DNA from: an uncultured Verrucomicrobiae bacterium
GTDB taxonomy: Bacteria; Verrucomicrobiota; Verrucomicrobiia; Chthoniobacterales; JAFAMB01
Direction of reading: 5' to 3'
Assembly (NCBI GenBank): GCA_963813025.1
Contig: CAWEXO010000004.1
Location: 114,308-178,307 of the forward strand
DNA length: 64,000 nt
The notes under the pieces are model-generated. The model searched no databases. It saw only the letters and a program-made list of their open reading frames with translations, and was not told the DNA's origin. Position numbers and translations under genes: made by a program. Below are positions 44,043 to 55,949 of the stretch, one piece after another. Numbering within the stretch: position 1 is the first letter of the stretch; the number at the start of each line of letters is the position of its first letter.

Positions 44043-44887
44043 GCTTATCTATATTCGTAACATCCTGATAAAATGGCACTTACAACTCTCGGATTTCTGG
44101 TTGCTCTCTTTGTTGCTCTCCTCGGGCCGCGCTTTTGCTCCTTATCCGGAGGTTTCGAGAGAAAAGAGTTTCCGCCTGCCGAGACCCAAACAGGCTCTCC
44201 TTTCTCATTCCCCTAGGCGAACCAAGCTTCGCTTAAAATCACTCATTGGCTTGTCTGGCTTGTGCCAGATTCAGATCAAACCCACGGCGGCCTTACAGCG
44301 CAAAAGTACCGTCGGCGGCTCAAACCAGCCTGCGCCCCACGCTCCGCGCGGGTCCCCTCCGTTTGAATCCTCAACCGCCTGCCGCGCTTTTGCCCCTCCG
44401 GCCTTTTTCCGTGGGCCGCTTTGCTTCGCTTTTCGGCCGAAAAAGGCACACCATATTTTTCAGCTCGAAACCGAACTTTCCGCCGGGGGACTGCGTGGGA
44501 CCCGGCAAAATATTCCCGAAGCTGCTCCCAAAGCCTCGTCGAGCTTTTCAATCTCTGAAAAACTCGCCCGTTACGGTTCTTCCGCGTTATCTGGCCTGGA
44601 ACACCTAACCTTGCTTGTTGGTAAAGAACCCGTTCCTCTGCCCTTGGATTCAGCCGCACCGCGCGTGATTCGAATGGGCGCAGCAATCCAGCAGGACGCG
44701 CCAAAGCTAATCCGGTAATGTCATTCGGAATTCTTACGCTCGGGGAGGCCTATTCCTACTGCGGATCAGTCGATCGTTCCTTCGGGCATTTAGCCGGAGT
44801 CTACCTTTCCCTCGGCCCGGTCTCCAACCCCCGAAGAAATCTCACTAGCTTGACTTCGGGGTGGTATGATACCGGTAACGAGTGTAG

Positions 44888-45120
44888 TTGGGTGCGAGCG
44901 CCGTCCAGATCGGCACGGCTTTCCTGCGATGCCCGGAAACGGGGACCAATGCTGCCTGGGCCGATGCGCTGGCCGAACCGGAACCCGAGGCAACGATCCT
45001 GACGCGCGCCTTTAGCGGTCGGCTCGGTCGTTCAATTGAGACCGACTACGCGCGTGCGGCCAATTCGCCCGAAGGCCCCCAGACCGACGCCATATCCGGC
45101 CCAAGGCGGCCTTACCGCAT
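44888..45120 (+). pseudogene. Nitronate monooxygenase fragment
   Basis: GASAVQIGTAFLRCPE...TRAFSGRLGR. Confidence 0.7.
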
Positions 45121-45985
45121 GGCGACAGAGGCCTGCGGGTCATAAGCGACTTGTTCTCGTCGTCTTCGAGAATCGATCTGGTGTTTTGGATAGCGTCCCA
45201 TTTTTCACCATAGATAACAGCAAAATTGTCAGGCGCATCGACCAGCTCTATCCGATACGACACGCTAAGCGCCTCGCCCGCCTTGGCCGGCCAGAATGCG
45301 CCCCATGCCTTGCGTTCCTTGACGTAAAGCGCGTTACAACTATCGCGCTCGACGAAGGGTAGGCGGCCGAGACGGTCATCGCCGACTCAACCGTCGCGCC
45401 CGGCGCAATACCAAGGCTGCCGACATCCGTTGCCTGAAGGAAGGCTACCTTGCCGAGCTGCCTGTCAGGTGCCTCGTCGAAGGACGGCCGGTCCACACGC
45501 GAGATCGCGATTCCCGCTGCTTGCGCATCGCTGTAGGCGAGCAGGGTAAGGGCGTTCAGCCGATCATCCAGGAAGCTGAGGCGGGCGGCTTTCCAGGTAA
45601 TCTTCGACGCCGTCCCGATGAGATCGTTGAGGTCGTAGAGCGCCGACGGTGCGAAATAGTGCAGATCTTCGTAGCGCGAGCGGCAAAGGCCAGGCCGATG
45701 TCCAGCAGCAGCCGCACGCCAGACGCACTGTTTGCGGCGATGACCGTCAGTGTCCTGTCTACCCGCCAAGCCGTGTCGCTCGCCTGCACCCAGCGATCTT
45801 CGATGCGGAATTCATTCTCGCCGTCGGAGATTTGTGTCGCGCCAACGGTTACGTCCCCGGATGTCTGGATTGACTGGTAGCGCCCTTCGATCCTGCGGCC
45901 GTCCACTCCATCAGGGAACCCGGGTCGTGCGATCTCGATCACTGCGGGATTCGCTGATTTGAACAAAGGCCGGGAGCCGGCTGGC

Positions 45986-46325
45986 GACGAGGCCGCCACC
46001 AAATTGATTTACCTGGTGTTACGCAACATCACCAAGAAGTGGAGAAATCCGCCGGCGACTTGGAAGCCGGCAGCCACCCAGTTTGGCATTCAGTTCGGTG
46101 AACGCTTTTTCGCGGCGGACGCCGCCGCCTAACCATGAGAAAAGTGGAGAGTCGTTTCCAAGGACTTGAACTACGCCGAAGCGCGTTGCTCACAGCTCGC
46201 CCGCCGCTGGACCAACCGCGTGGAGGGCGGTCTCGCCGGCTCGAGCCGACGTCTTTAGAAGAACTCTCCCAGAGGTTAAACCGCAAAGCCAAAAACGACC
46301 CGCACACAAAAAGACGGACACTACC
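45986..46325 (+). mobile_element. IS256-family 3' remnant with terminal IR
   Basis: DEAATKLIYLVLRNITKKW...QFGIQFGERF*; end acacaaaaagacggacactacc. Confidence 0.7.
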
Positions 46326-47194
46326 GGCCGTCGGTACGCGCCGCTTCGATCAGTTCCTGCCTGCCGAGAAATATCCAAAGCATTGGCCCTTGTACCCATG
46401 AAGGCCGAGACCAACGCTCCTTCTCCAAGCGAGACCAAACGGCGACGAGGTTCAGCCAAGGTGATGACTTCGATCCGATTCATTGCCCGCGGCAGTCCCT
46501 GGGAATCGACAGAGTGTCCCAAATGGCGCGCCAATCCGAAACGCGGTCTTCGCCGGATGCTTTCCCGGTTCATAACGTGCCAGTCGACGAACTCCATCAC
46601 CTGGCCAATTCAGAAAATCGGTCGGCATCGTGCAGTCCCAAAGTGTCAAATCGAGCACGGCCTCGTCGACCCTGCCCCTGTCGACCTCGAGCTTGGCCAT
46701 CGTGGCGCATTGAAATCAGAACCTCAGCGGCAAACTGCCGTCCGCCAATATTCGCAACCGGCTTTCGCTGTGGTCTGTGTCGGCGCATGCCAGACTGAAG
46801 GCGGCCAGACGTTTCAGCAGTCTGCTAAACGAGATCGCTCTGCCGAGATCCACTGCGCTCTTGAAATTCTCGCAGCAATCAGGCCAATCAGACAATCCTG
46901 GCGCGGATTTTCGCACGCCGCAGGCCCGCGCCGAGTTACCCTTGACAGCTCCGGACATGAAACCACGCACGTAGTAACGTTGCAGCAGCAAAGATATGCT
47001 CTTTGCCGTCTTTGCGCACCACGTGCCGTTTGAGGTTCACTCAGCGCCGATCCTGCCACAGTTACCCCAGGTCTGAAAACCGGGTAGGTTGTCCCACACG
47101 CTTTCTAAGCTCAGATTCCGTCTTACCTCCCTCTGCATCACCCTCAAAAAATAATTAAAATTATCTATTTTAAGGCAGAAACTGCGAAACTTGG

Positions 47195-47320
47195 GCTGGC
47201 AGGCCAGAGGAATGCTTTGCCCAACATCGGCCGATAAATGCGCAAGCACTTTTCCAACCCTCTTGCCAAGCCGCACATCCTTAAACTTGCATCCTGCCAA
47301 CTCTTGATCAATCCATGTTT
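47195..47320 (-). pseudogene. IS4/Tn5-like transposase N-terminal fragment
   Basis: WIDQELAGCKFKDVRLGKR...QSIPLACQ. Confidence 0.7.
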
Positions 47321-47376
47321 TCCTCGACCAACTCTTAGCTTAATCAGCTCCTTTACGGCTCCTGCTAACAGCTCCT

Positions 47377-48898
47377 TGAGGTTCCCCCGTTTTGACGGAC
47401 AGAGATTTTGGGCACAAGAGAAGGAAAAGGAATGGAAAGAACATTATCTTCGAATGCCGTGCCCAAGAAATATGATGAAAGCTTCAAACGCCAAGCAGTG
47501 GAGATGGTTCTGCATGGCGGGAAGCGGGTCAAAGAAGTCGCCGCTCAGCTTGGCGTGAGCGGGTACACGATTTATGAATGGAAGCGGAAGTATTTTGGAC
47601 TGGTTGAGAGTGGCGGCTCGAGCGGCCAGAGTTCGCTGGTCTCAGGACTGCCGGAGGATGTGGAGGCGCTCCAAAAGCTGGTCCGGGAACAACGGCGTCA
47701 GATTGCTGAGCTGAGCCAGCAACGGGAGATACTAAAAAAAACTCTGGGCATTGTCTGCGAGGAACCCTCGCGCGGTACGAACGGATTAAGCAGATGAAAG
47801 AGGCTTATCCGATCGAAGTACTCTGCGAATCCTTTTGTGTGAGTCGCAGTGGGTTTAATCAGTGGCTGGAGCGAGCACAAAGCCCCGGTGCGCGTGGCCT
47901 GGAAGATCGGATTTTGGCCGAACAGATCGGTCTGATCCACCGGGAGAGTCGTGGCACTTACGGCACGCCGCGGCTGCACGCCGAACTGGAAAGTCAGGGA
48001 CGTCATCACAGCCGCAAACGCATTGATCGGATCCGGCGAGAGCTGGGGCTCTGCGGGAGGCAGAAGCGGCATTACCGGCCCAAAACCACCGAAAGTTGCC
48101 ATGAAGAGCCGATCGCTCCCAATCGGCTGGCCGAGTTGCTTCGAGCTACCCGGCGGGATCAGATCTGGGTCAGTGATATCACCTACATTGCGACCGAGGA
48201 AGGCTGGTTGTACTTGGCGGTGATTATGGATCTCTATAGCCGGCGAATCATCGGTTGGGCGTTTGCCCATCACTTGGGCACCGAGTTGGTCGCCGCGGCC
48301 CTGGCGATGGCATTGGTTCATCGTCGGCCAGCGGAAGGCCTGGTTCATCATTCTGATCGAGGTGTGCAGTATGCCAGTGCCGCCTATCGGAAGTTGCTCA
48401 GGGCCCAGGGCGTCCTTGGGAGCATGAGTCGCAAAGGCTGTTGTTACGATAATGCCGCCATGGAAGCCTTTTTTAGTACTCTCAAGCTGGAGTGCGTCTA
48501 CCGCAGCCGATTTGGAACTCACACCCAGGCGAGAGTGGAAATCTTCTCCTTCATCGAGGTCTTTTACAACCGGCGCCGCCGGCACAGTGCACTTGGTTAT
48601 CTGGCCCCGGCAGAGTTCGAAAACCTGGCAAACTGAGCCCTGTGATAACGCGCCAAAAAGACTTCCAGTGGAGAAGCACTTTCCGAAGGAAAATGACAGT
48701 TACCTGTATTTAGAACGTCGAACAAAGGTCAAGAGAGCAAACGGAATAAATGGCAGGGGCCCGCGCGCAGCGCGGGAAGCAGGCCGTTTATGCCGGATTG
48801 CTTCTTGACCGCAGTGGAGCGTTCTGCCTATCAACCAAACAACGAGCTAGAGAAACAAATCAGCCCAAATTAGTGTCCGAAATATCGGGGTAAGCCCA
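47377..48898 (+). mobile_element. IS3-family element (orfA 47432-47797, orfB 47794-48636)
   Basis: TG...CA ends with ~27-bp imperfect IR, CCT TSD, A8 slippery site 47734-47741, WVSDITY/HSDRGVQY/DNAAME. Confidence 0.93.
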
Positions 48899-49871
48899 CC
48901 TGTAAACATTTTGCGGTAAATTGCTCACAATAGCCAGAAGTCAAAACAAGCTGTTTGTGGTAATTGAAAGTTTGGCTAGACGCTTACGAACCAATGGCCC
49001 CGGTCGTACTTTCGCGCGAGAGTACCGTCTGCGTTCAAAGCGAGAGGATTGCGACAGAAGAGCTTTTGCCGAACTCGCAGTTTGGCGAATTTCCAGCATA
49101 GCTTTACGTGCAGGCCAAAGTTTTTGATATTACGTTAGTTTTATGTCTAACCCGCTTAAATTGCTTGCTTTAGCCTCTAACCTCGACCGGCCGTGGGTGC
49201 CTCAGCTGGAACAAGTTTCGATCCTCATCACAAGACTCTCGCATATTTGCGACTTAGAGAAGCCCGAGAATCTACCCGAAAAAGGATTCGCCATTAAGCC
49301 GTGCCCAAAACATGATGTGGAGGACGTCGACGAAGGTATCTTGAAAGATGGAATAGACTTTCTAGGGCTATACTCCCTTACGCCGCCCGGCGCGAAGACC
49401 GATGAGACTACAATTACACTTCATATGTGCCGAATAAGACCGTTAGTTCTGCGCAGCAAGCAACGCATCTATATTTGAGGGTAGCCGGCTACGGCCAGCT
49501 TGTGCAGGTCTTCGACAGCGTTTCCCGACATTGTCCAGAGATCTACAATGATTGGCGAGATAAATGGAGAAAACAGGCCAAAATTCCCAGCTCGCAAGCA
49601 TCGGGTCCAGATAGTTATTTCACGGCAGTTCTAGAAGATTTTCGAAGCGAGCTTCGCGAGGAAAGGGAGAAAGAGTATGTGCCGGGAAGAGACGAAATTC
49701 ATTGTAGTACAAACTACGATTCCTGATCGCAATTTCGCAAAAAATTCTGTCAGACTTCACACATTTCTCGAGCTTTTAATATGTGTGATGACTTCCTTCT
49801 TTGGCGGTCGCTCGAGCCATCGAACAGTCATATGTGTGCAACTTCGTTCAGCCGAGCGGCACCAGCATTAA

Positions 49872-49999
49872 CCCGGATATTTCATCATGAGGGCAAAAAA
49901 GTAGCGAAGTGTTTTATGTAACCTGTTAGCATTGAATCGCTTACAAACAAGGCAACAGGAAACTTCGTTACTTTTTGCCCTCATGATGAAATATCCGGG
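49872..49999. mobile_element. 128-bp MITE with ~40-bp terminal inverted repeats
   Basis: cccggatatttcatcatgagggcaaaaa...tttttgccctcatgatgaaatatccggg. Confidence 0.8.
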
Positions 50000-50065
50000 T
50001 TAGTCCTCATAACCCCTTATATGACTGGCCAAAAGAGGACCCTTTTGCGTAGACTCTAAGGGCAA

Positions 50066-50248
50066 ATGTCAGACTCCGAACTTGCCCTAGTTTCTCAACC
50101 ATCTTTCGCAACTCCAACCATCATCACGCATGCCGGCCCGTCAATCCGGAAAAAGTTCTACGAGTTTTTTACGGTCCCGATCCGCAACGCTAACACCCGA
50201 GCCGTTTATTATCGCGCGATTGAGCAGTTTCTGGAGCGGCATTCATGA
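50066..50248 (+). pseudogene. Tyrosine recombinase N-terminal fragment
   Basis: KFYEFFTVPIRNANTRAVYYRAIEQF. Confidence 0.65.
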
Positions 50249-50433
50249 CGATGGCAAAGACGTCCATATTCGAAGTTGCGCCAAATCATTCGACCGTCCG
50301 CCAGAGCTTTCGCTTGGCGAGGGCTCTTCATAACGACCGGGACCGTGTTTTCCCTTCGGAGGCCCTAAGGTAGCGAAGCTCAGGGCACCATTCACTTTGC
50401 CGAAAAATCGACATTCGCTACGTTGGGCCAATT

Positions 50434-51198
50434 ATGAAAACCTTCGAAAACAAGACTATCCTTATTACTGGAGGTAACTCGGGCATCGGCAAAGCCACTG
50501 TCCTGGCGTTTGCCAAAGAAGGCGCGAATGTGGTCATCTCTGGCCGCCGCGTTGCCGAGGGAGAGAAGCTTGCCAAGGAGATTACTTCGGCTGGTGGAAG
50601 CGCCTTGTTTGTGCGAACTGATGTCGCCCGAGAGGATGACATCGTCGCGCTCGTCGAAAAGACCGTAGGCACCTTCGGCGCACTGCACATCGCGTTCAAC
50701 AACGCTGGCACCGAGGGCCAGTTCGGTGTGCTTACCACTGAGCAGACGGTCGAGCATTACCATCAGGTCTGCGACATCAACATTCGCGGCGTATTGCTAT
50801 CGATGAAGCACGAGATCCCCGCGATGCTCCGGTCCGGTGGTGGTGCCATCGTAAATAACTCTTCCGTCGGTGGCCACATCGGCTTTCCCGGTTCGTCGGT
50901 TTACGTCGCCAGCAAGTTCGCTGTTATCGGCCTCACCAAGACGGCTGCGCTGGAGTTCGCCAAGCAGGGCGTCCGTGTCAACAGTGTCTCTCCCGGCCCG
51001 ATCCAAACCGAAATGTTTGACCGCGCCTTCGGTGAAGGCGAGACGGAGATGAAGAAAACGATTGCGACACAAACCCCGGTTGGCCGCATCGGCACCCCGG
51101 AGGAGATTGCCAGCGCCGTACTCTGGCTCAGTTCACCCGGTGCGGCGTTCATCACAGGCCAAGACATCACCGTGGACGGTGGATACACCGCACAATAG
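50434..51198 (+). CDS. SDR-family oxidoreductase
   Basis: TGGNSGIG, NNAG, YVASK, PGPIQT, VDGG. Confidence 0.95.
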   Translation: MKTFENKTILITGGNSGIGKATVLAFAKEGANVVISGRRVAEGEKLAKEITSAGGSALFVRTDVAREDDIVALVEKTVGTFGALHIAFNNAGTEGQFGVLTTEQTVEHYHQVCDINIRGVLLSMKHEIPAMLRSGGGAIVNNSSVGGHIGFPGSSVYVASKFAVIGLTKTAALEFAKQGVRVNSVSPGPIQTEMFDRAFGEGETEMKKTIATQTPVGRIGTPEEIASAVLWLSSPGAAFITGQDITVDGGYTAQ

Positions 51199-51384
51199 CG
51201 AGACAATAGTGGGCTGGCGGAGACGCCATCGGCCCTCGCGATGATTTGTATAATAGACAAGCCCGGACGTGCATGGGAGTATCGCCCTGATGTCATTGGA
51301 ATGCAGGCTCGTGCAGCCGCTACAATTTTACATCGTGTTGTCTGCTGTCTCGATACTGGCATTCCGGCGAGTAGTCTCTGTCAG

Positions 51385-52265
51385 TTAATATTTCACCCGA
51401 AAAGTCGGACTATCTTCGGGTTTGCTCTTGCGCCGGTCATACAGGCGAGTCGTGGCTACTTAGCATGCCCGAGCCACTCCTGTACCTTGGCTATATCGGA
51501 ATCATGTGAGAGCGTTTGTTGCTGCCATGGCACGCAGCGAATGCACACATAGGCCCATAACCTCGGCGCTGAGGCCGGTTTCGAGGCCGTATTTCCGAAC
51601 AATATTCTGATAGACCGAGGCCGGATCCAGGTGCCGATCAAGGCGACCGGTCCGATTGTTCTTCACCGGCCGAAAAAGAGCCCCTTCGACATCGCTCCGA
51701 TGTCCTGTTAGTGCCAGGTAATCCTCGATCATCCGCTGCGCGGCCGGATTAACCGGGATGAAGCGGATTTTGGATCGCTTGCCTTTGACGCGAATATGCA
51801 TGACGCCCTGTCGGCTATGCAGGTCTTTTACTCTCAAGCCGCAGAGCTCTTCACGCCGGATACCGTGATACAACAAGGTAGCCAGGATGACCCGATCCCG
51901 GACTCCCTTGAGCGTGTCCGCGGGCGGAGCTTCCAATAGTTTCCGGGCCTGTGCGTCGCCGAGCGCGGGCGTGCTGCCTTCGTTCCCGTTGGCCATTGGG
52001 CGTTTCACTCCGTCCACCGGATTGCCGGTGACAGCGTTGCGTTCGCAGAGGTAATCGAAGAGCGAGGACAGCGCCGAGAGCTTGCGCCGAATGGTGGCCG
52101 GCGCCAGACCGCGTCTTTCCATGTCGTTGCGCCAGGCAATGATATGCGCCCGCGCTGCGGAACGTAGTCCCATATAATCCTGCAAAGCTGTAAACGCGAC
52201 AAACTCCCGCACATCTTCCTTATAAGCCCGGCGCGTTTTGAGGTTCGTGATGTTCGCCAGCCATG
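51385..52265 (-). pseudogene. XerC/D-like tyrosine recombinase, frameshifted and 5'-disrupted
   Basis: GIRREEL, KGK, HSLRA, WLGHA, TTRLYD motifs in shifting frames. Confidence 0.85.
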
Positions 52266-52299
52266 AAGGTCGAAGACTATTACCTTCTGGGAAACGCTT

Positions 52300-52423
52300 G
52301 AGGTATAGCCGAATTTTGTGGATGAGGAGATAAAGAAAGGCGCATCCTTTCAATGAGAAAAGAAACCAATGGCGGCAGGTTCTGCTCGAAGACATGGAGA
52401 GGATGCGCTACGGATAACGCCGG
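52300..52423 (+). mobile_element. IS256-family left end, cut off by IS630
   Basis: gaggtatagccgaattttgtggatgaggagataaagaaaggcgcatccttt matches ends at 22895 and 27405. Confidence 0.75.
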
Positions 52424-54653
52424 CTAGTGCATTGTAGCATTGACTTCTGATATGATGATCTGCTAGCAAAAAGGAGTGTTAAAACGATTGGTTCTTTCTC
52501 CGCCAGAACGTCGACGACTTAGGCAGCGGGTCCGATCCCGTAGCGGGCGAGCAGAGGAGGCGCAGCGAGCCAAGATTGTCCTCTTGATTGCTAGCGGCAG
52601 ATCGCAATGGGCGGTAAGTCGGCAACTGGGATGCAGCATCAACACCGTGCGACTTTGGCTGAAGCGCTTTATGGAGGAACGTTTGGCAGGTCTTTTCAGT
52701 CGTCATCGTGGCAAGGTAGCCAGCCAACAGAGCGCCAAGCTCGAAGCTCAGATTTTGGCCGCGGCCCGACATAAACCCACGGATGGCTCGACGCACTGGA
52801 GTACTCGGAAGTTGGCGGCCGAACTTGGCACCAACCATACCCGAGTCGCCCGTGTTCTGGCCAAAGCCGGACTGCAGCCGCACCGCCTGCGCCGCTACAT
52901 GGCCAGCGACGACCCGGATTTTGAAACCAAGGCTGCTGATATCATTGGTTTGTATCTGAAGCCTCCGGTCAATGCCGCAGTTTTCTGCGTCGACGAAAAG
53001 AGCGCCATCCAAGCGCTGGACCGGCTCGATCCAGTGTTGCCGCTCTCGCCCGGAAGAGCCGAGCGGCACGGTTTTGAGTACTACCGTCACGGCACGCTTT
53101 CGCTCTACGCAGCGCTCAACACCAAAACCGGCCAGGTGCTGGGCCAAACTGTGCCTCGTCACACCAGTGCCGAGTTTGTTGCTTTTCTTGAACAGATCGT
53201 CGCCAGCTTTCCCGAGGGCCAGCAGATCCACATTATCGCAGATAATCTCTCGGCACATCGCACCTCCAGAGTCTGGCAGTTTATCGATCGTCATCGCCAC
53301 GTGCGGATCCATTTTACACCGACCTATTCTTCATGGCTTAACCAAGTCGAGATCTGGTTTTCCAAGATCCAACGCGACGTCATCGCCCGCGGAATCTTCC
53401 GTTCGGTCAAAGACTTGGCTAAAAAACTCATGACCTATATCCGACGCTATAACATGAAGGCCAAACCCTTTAAGTGGACCTACCGATCAGCAGAGCGTCG
53501 TATCAATCCCGTATCAGGTTTAAACGCTACGCCGCACTAGTGCATTGTAGCATTGACTTCTGATATGATGATCTGCTAGCAAAAAGGAGTGTTAAAACGA
53601 TTGGTTCTTTCTCCGCCAGAACGTCGACGACTTAGGCAGCGGGTCCGATCCCGTAGCGGGCGAGCAGAGGAGGCGCAGCGAGCCAAGATTGTCCTCTTGA
53701 TTGCTAGCGGCAGATCGCAATGGGCGGTAAGTCGGCAACTGGGATGCAGCATCAACACCGTGCGACTTTGGCTGAAGCGCTTTATGGAGGAACGTTTGGC
53801 AGGTCTTTTCAGTCGTCATCGTGGCAAGGTAGCCAGCCAACAGAGCGCCAAGCTCGAAGCTCAGATTTTGGCCGCGGCCCGACATAAACCCACGGATGGC
53901 TCGACGCACTGGAGTACTCGGAAGTTGGCGGCCGAACTTGGCACCAACCATACCCGAGTCGCCCGTGTTCTGGCCAAAGCCGGACTGCAGCCGCACCGCC
54001 TGCGCCGCTACATGGCCAGCGACGACCCGGATTTTGAAACCAAGGCTGCTGATATCATTGGTTTGTATCTGAAGCCTCCGGTCAATGCCGCAGTTTTCTG
54101 CGTCGACGAAAAGAGCGCCATCCAAGCGCTGGACCGGCTCGATCCAGTGTTGCCGCTCTCGCCCGGAAGAGCCGAGCGGCACGGTTTTGAGTACTACCGT
54201 CACGGCACGCTTTCGCTCTACGCAGCGCTCAACACCAAAACCGGCCAGGTGCTGGGCCAAACTGTGCCTCGTCACACCAGTGCCGAGTTTGTTGCTTTTC
54301 TTGAACAGATCGTCGCCAGCTTTCCCGAGGGCCAGCAGATCCACATTATCGCAGATAATCTCTCGGCACATCGCACCTCCAGAGTCTGGCAGTTTATCGA
54401 TCGTCATCGCCACGTGCGGATCCATTTTACACCGACCTATTCTTCATGGCTTAACCAAGTCGAGATCTGGTTTTCCAAGATCCAACGCGACGTCATCGCC
54501 CGCGGAATCTTCCGTTCGGTCAAAGACTTGGCTAAAAAACTCATGACCTATATCCGACGCTATAACATGAAGGCCAAACCCTTTAAGTGGACCTACCGAT
54601 CAGCAGAGCGTCGTATCAATCCCGTATCAGGTTTAAACGCTACGCCGCACTAG
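52424..54653 (+). mobile_element. Head-to-tail IS630 dimer sharing one CTAG (transposases 52476-53540, 53589-54653)
   Basis: CTAG at 52424, 53537, 54650; identical 354-aa ORFs. Confidence 0.93.
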
Positions 54654-54826
54654 CTCATCGGCTGAACGGCTGATGTCGCCCTCTACTTAAATCGTAATCG
54701 GCGTTTACTGCACTTAATTCGTGGACTGAAAAGTCATCGGACCTCGCGTCGCATCCTGGAGGCGACTCAAAGTTCCGCGTAACAGCGCAGGGACGATGGC
54801 CAGTCCAATGGCTGCGGAGTTAGTTT

Positions 54827-55747
54827 TCACTGTACCGTTACCCGCATCTTATCTTCGGCAAACTGTACCGTTCCTTGATCTGCTGCTTGGATCGAAGACC
54901 TCACCTTCGCACGGGCCTGATCAACGAGAGGCGGGATATGGGTCAGAATCAGGTGACGTGCACGAGAGGCTTTGGCTACTTCACCAATGCGCTCCGGTGG
55001 TGAGTGGCGCGTGTAAAGCTCGGCCGGAGATCCGGGCGGATCGAGAACGGCGCAGTTAAACACGAGCAGGTCGGTATCCGAGGCGAGCTTGGTTAGATTT
55101 TCCAGACCTTGGGGGTCGATATCACCGGAAAAGGTCACGCTTTTGTTACCATACTCAATGCGGTAGGCGACTGCTGGGGCGTCGCCGTGATGCGTGGCGA
55201 CGGTCAGGATTTTTATTCCATCTGGCGTTTCGAGGATTTGCCTCGGGGCGCGAGTCAGATCGATCGGCAAATCCTTGGCTTCGAGTGTTACCGGAGCACC
55301 GAAGGTTTTGACATAGGTCCAAGCGCCGCCTTGGCCAAACAACAATTCGGCAAAGCGAGTGGTGCTCGGATAATCCCCTTTGCCAGCTGGGCCGATCAAG
55401 ACGAAGTGGACCGGATCGTCCTGTATCATTGCCCGCGCTTTGACAATGCTGGGCACATCGGCGGTGTGATCAATGTGCAAGTGCGTCAGGAGAATGATGT
55501 CCAGGTCATGCAGACCGATTCCGAGTTCGCCCAAACGCGCAAAAGCGCCTGACCCCGCATCGACCAGGAGCCGGGCCCTTCCGTGAATGAGGATGAGGTT
55601 GCAGGAGGCTGCGCGCCCAGCCGGGCGGGGACCGCCAGTGCCAAGGAAAACCACTTCCATCGCCGCTGAGGTCGGGGAAGGTGTCTGCGCACTGCTGATG
55701 CCGTGGAAAACAAACAACGCGAGAATAGCCGCAAACCGAGAGATCAT
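54827..55747 (-). CDS. Secreted MBL-fold metallohydrolase (arylsulfatase/RNase Z-like)
   Basis: LGTGGP, VDAGSG, THLHIDH, SGDI, HS, LTH; signal peptide. Confidence 0.9.
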   Translation of the reverse strand: MISRFAAILALFVFHGISSAQTPSPTSAAMEVVFLGTGGPRPAGRAASCNLILIHGRARLLVDAGSGAFARLGELGIGLHDLDIILLTHLHIDHTADVPSIVKARAMIQDDPVHFVLIGPAGKGDYPSTTRFAELLFGQGGAWTYVKTFGAPVTLEAKDLPIDLTRAPRQILETPDGIKILTVATHHGDAPAVAYRIEYGNKSVTFSGDIDPQGLENLTKLASDTDLLVFNCAVLDPPGSPAELYTRHSPPERIGEVAKASRARHLILTHIPPLVDQARAKVRSSIQAADQGTVQFAEDKMRVTVQ

Positions 55748-55949
55748 TCCGCGCCTATATTTGCACGGCTCGATTCATGCAACAAAACATCCACCTTCCT
55801 GACCACATGCTCGAAAGGAAACTTTTCCGTAACTGGCGCATTATCTGCGAAAAGGTGCCGAGTTCCTTGTCACCTACCAGATCGATAATCTCAGCAGGTC
55901 ATTCGGCTAACCATGACTGAAGGCAGTGATTTTTGCTTCCTGTAAAGAC

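Noticed and set aside
44101..44718. 205-aa ORF and opposite 142-aa ORF after the att remnant
   Set aside because: No recognisable motif, TTG starts, composition unlike a real protein
46500..46700. DUF6429-like fragment (EVDRGRVDEAVL...DWHVMNR)
   Set aside because: Too degraded across frames to call with support
47698..48585. 295-aa antisense ORF in IS3
   Set aside because: Typical antisense shadow of IS3 orfB
51502..52395. N-terminus MSSSRTCRHWFLF of the recombinase ORF
   Set aside because: Read-in from the inserted IS256 end, not recombinase sequence
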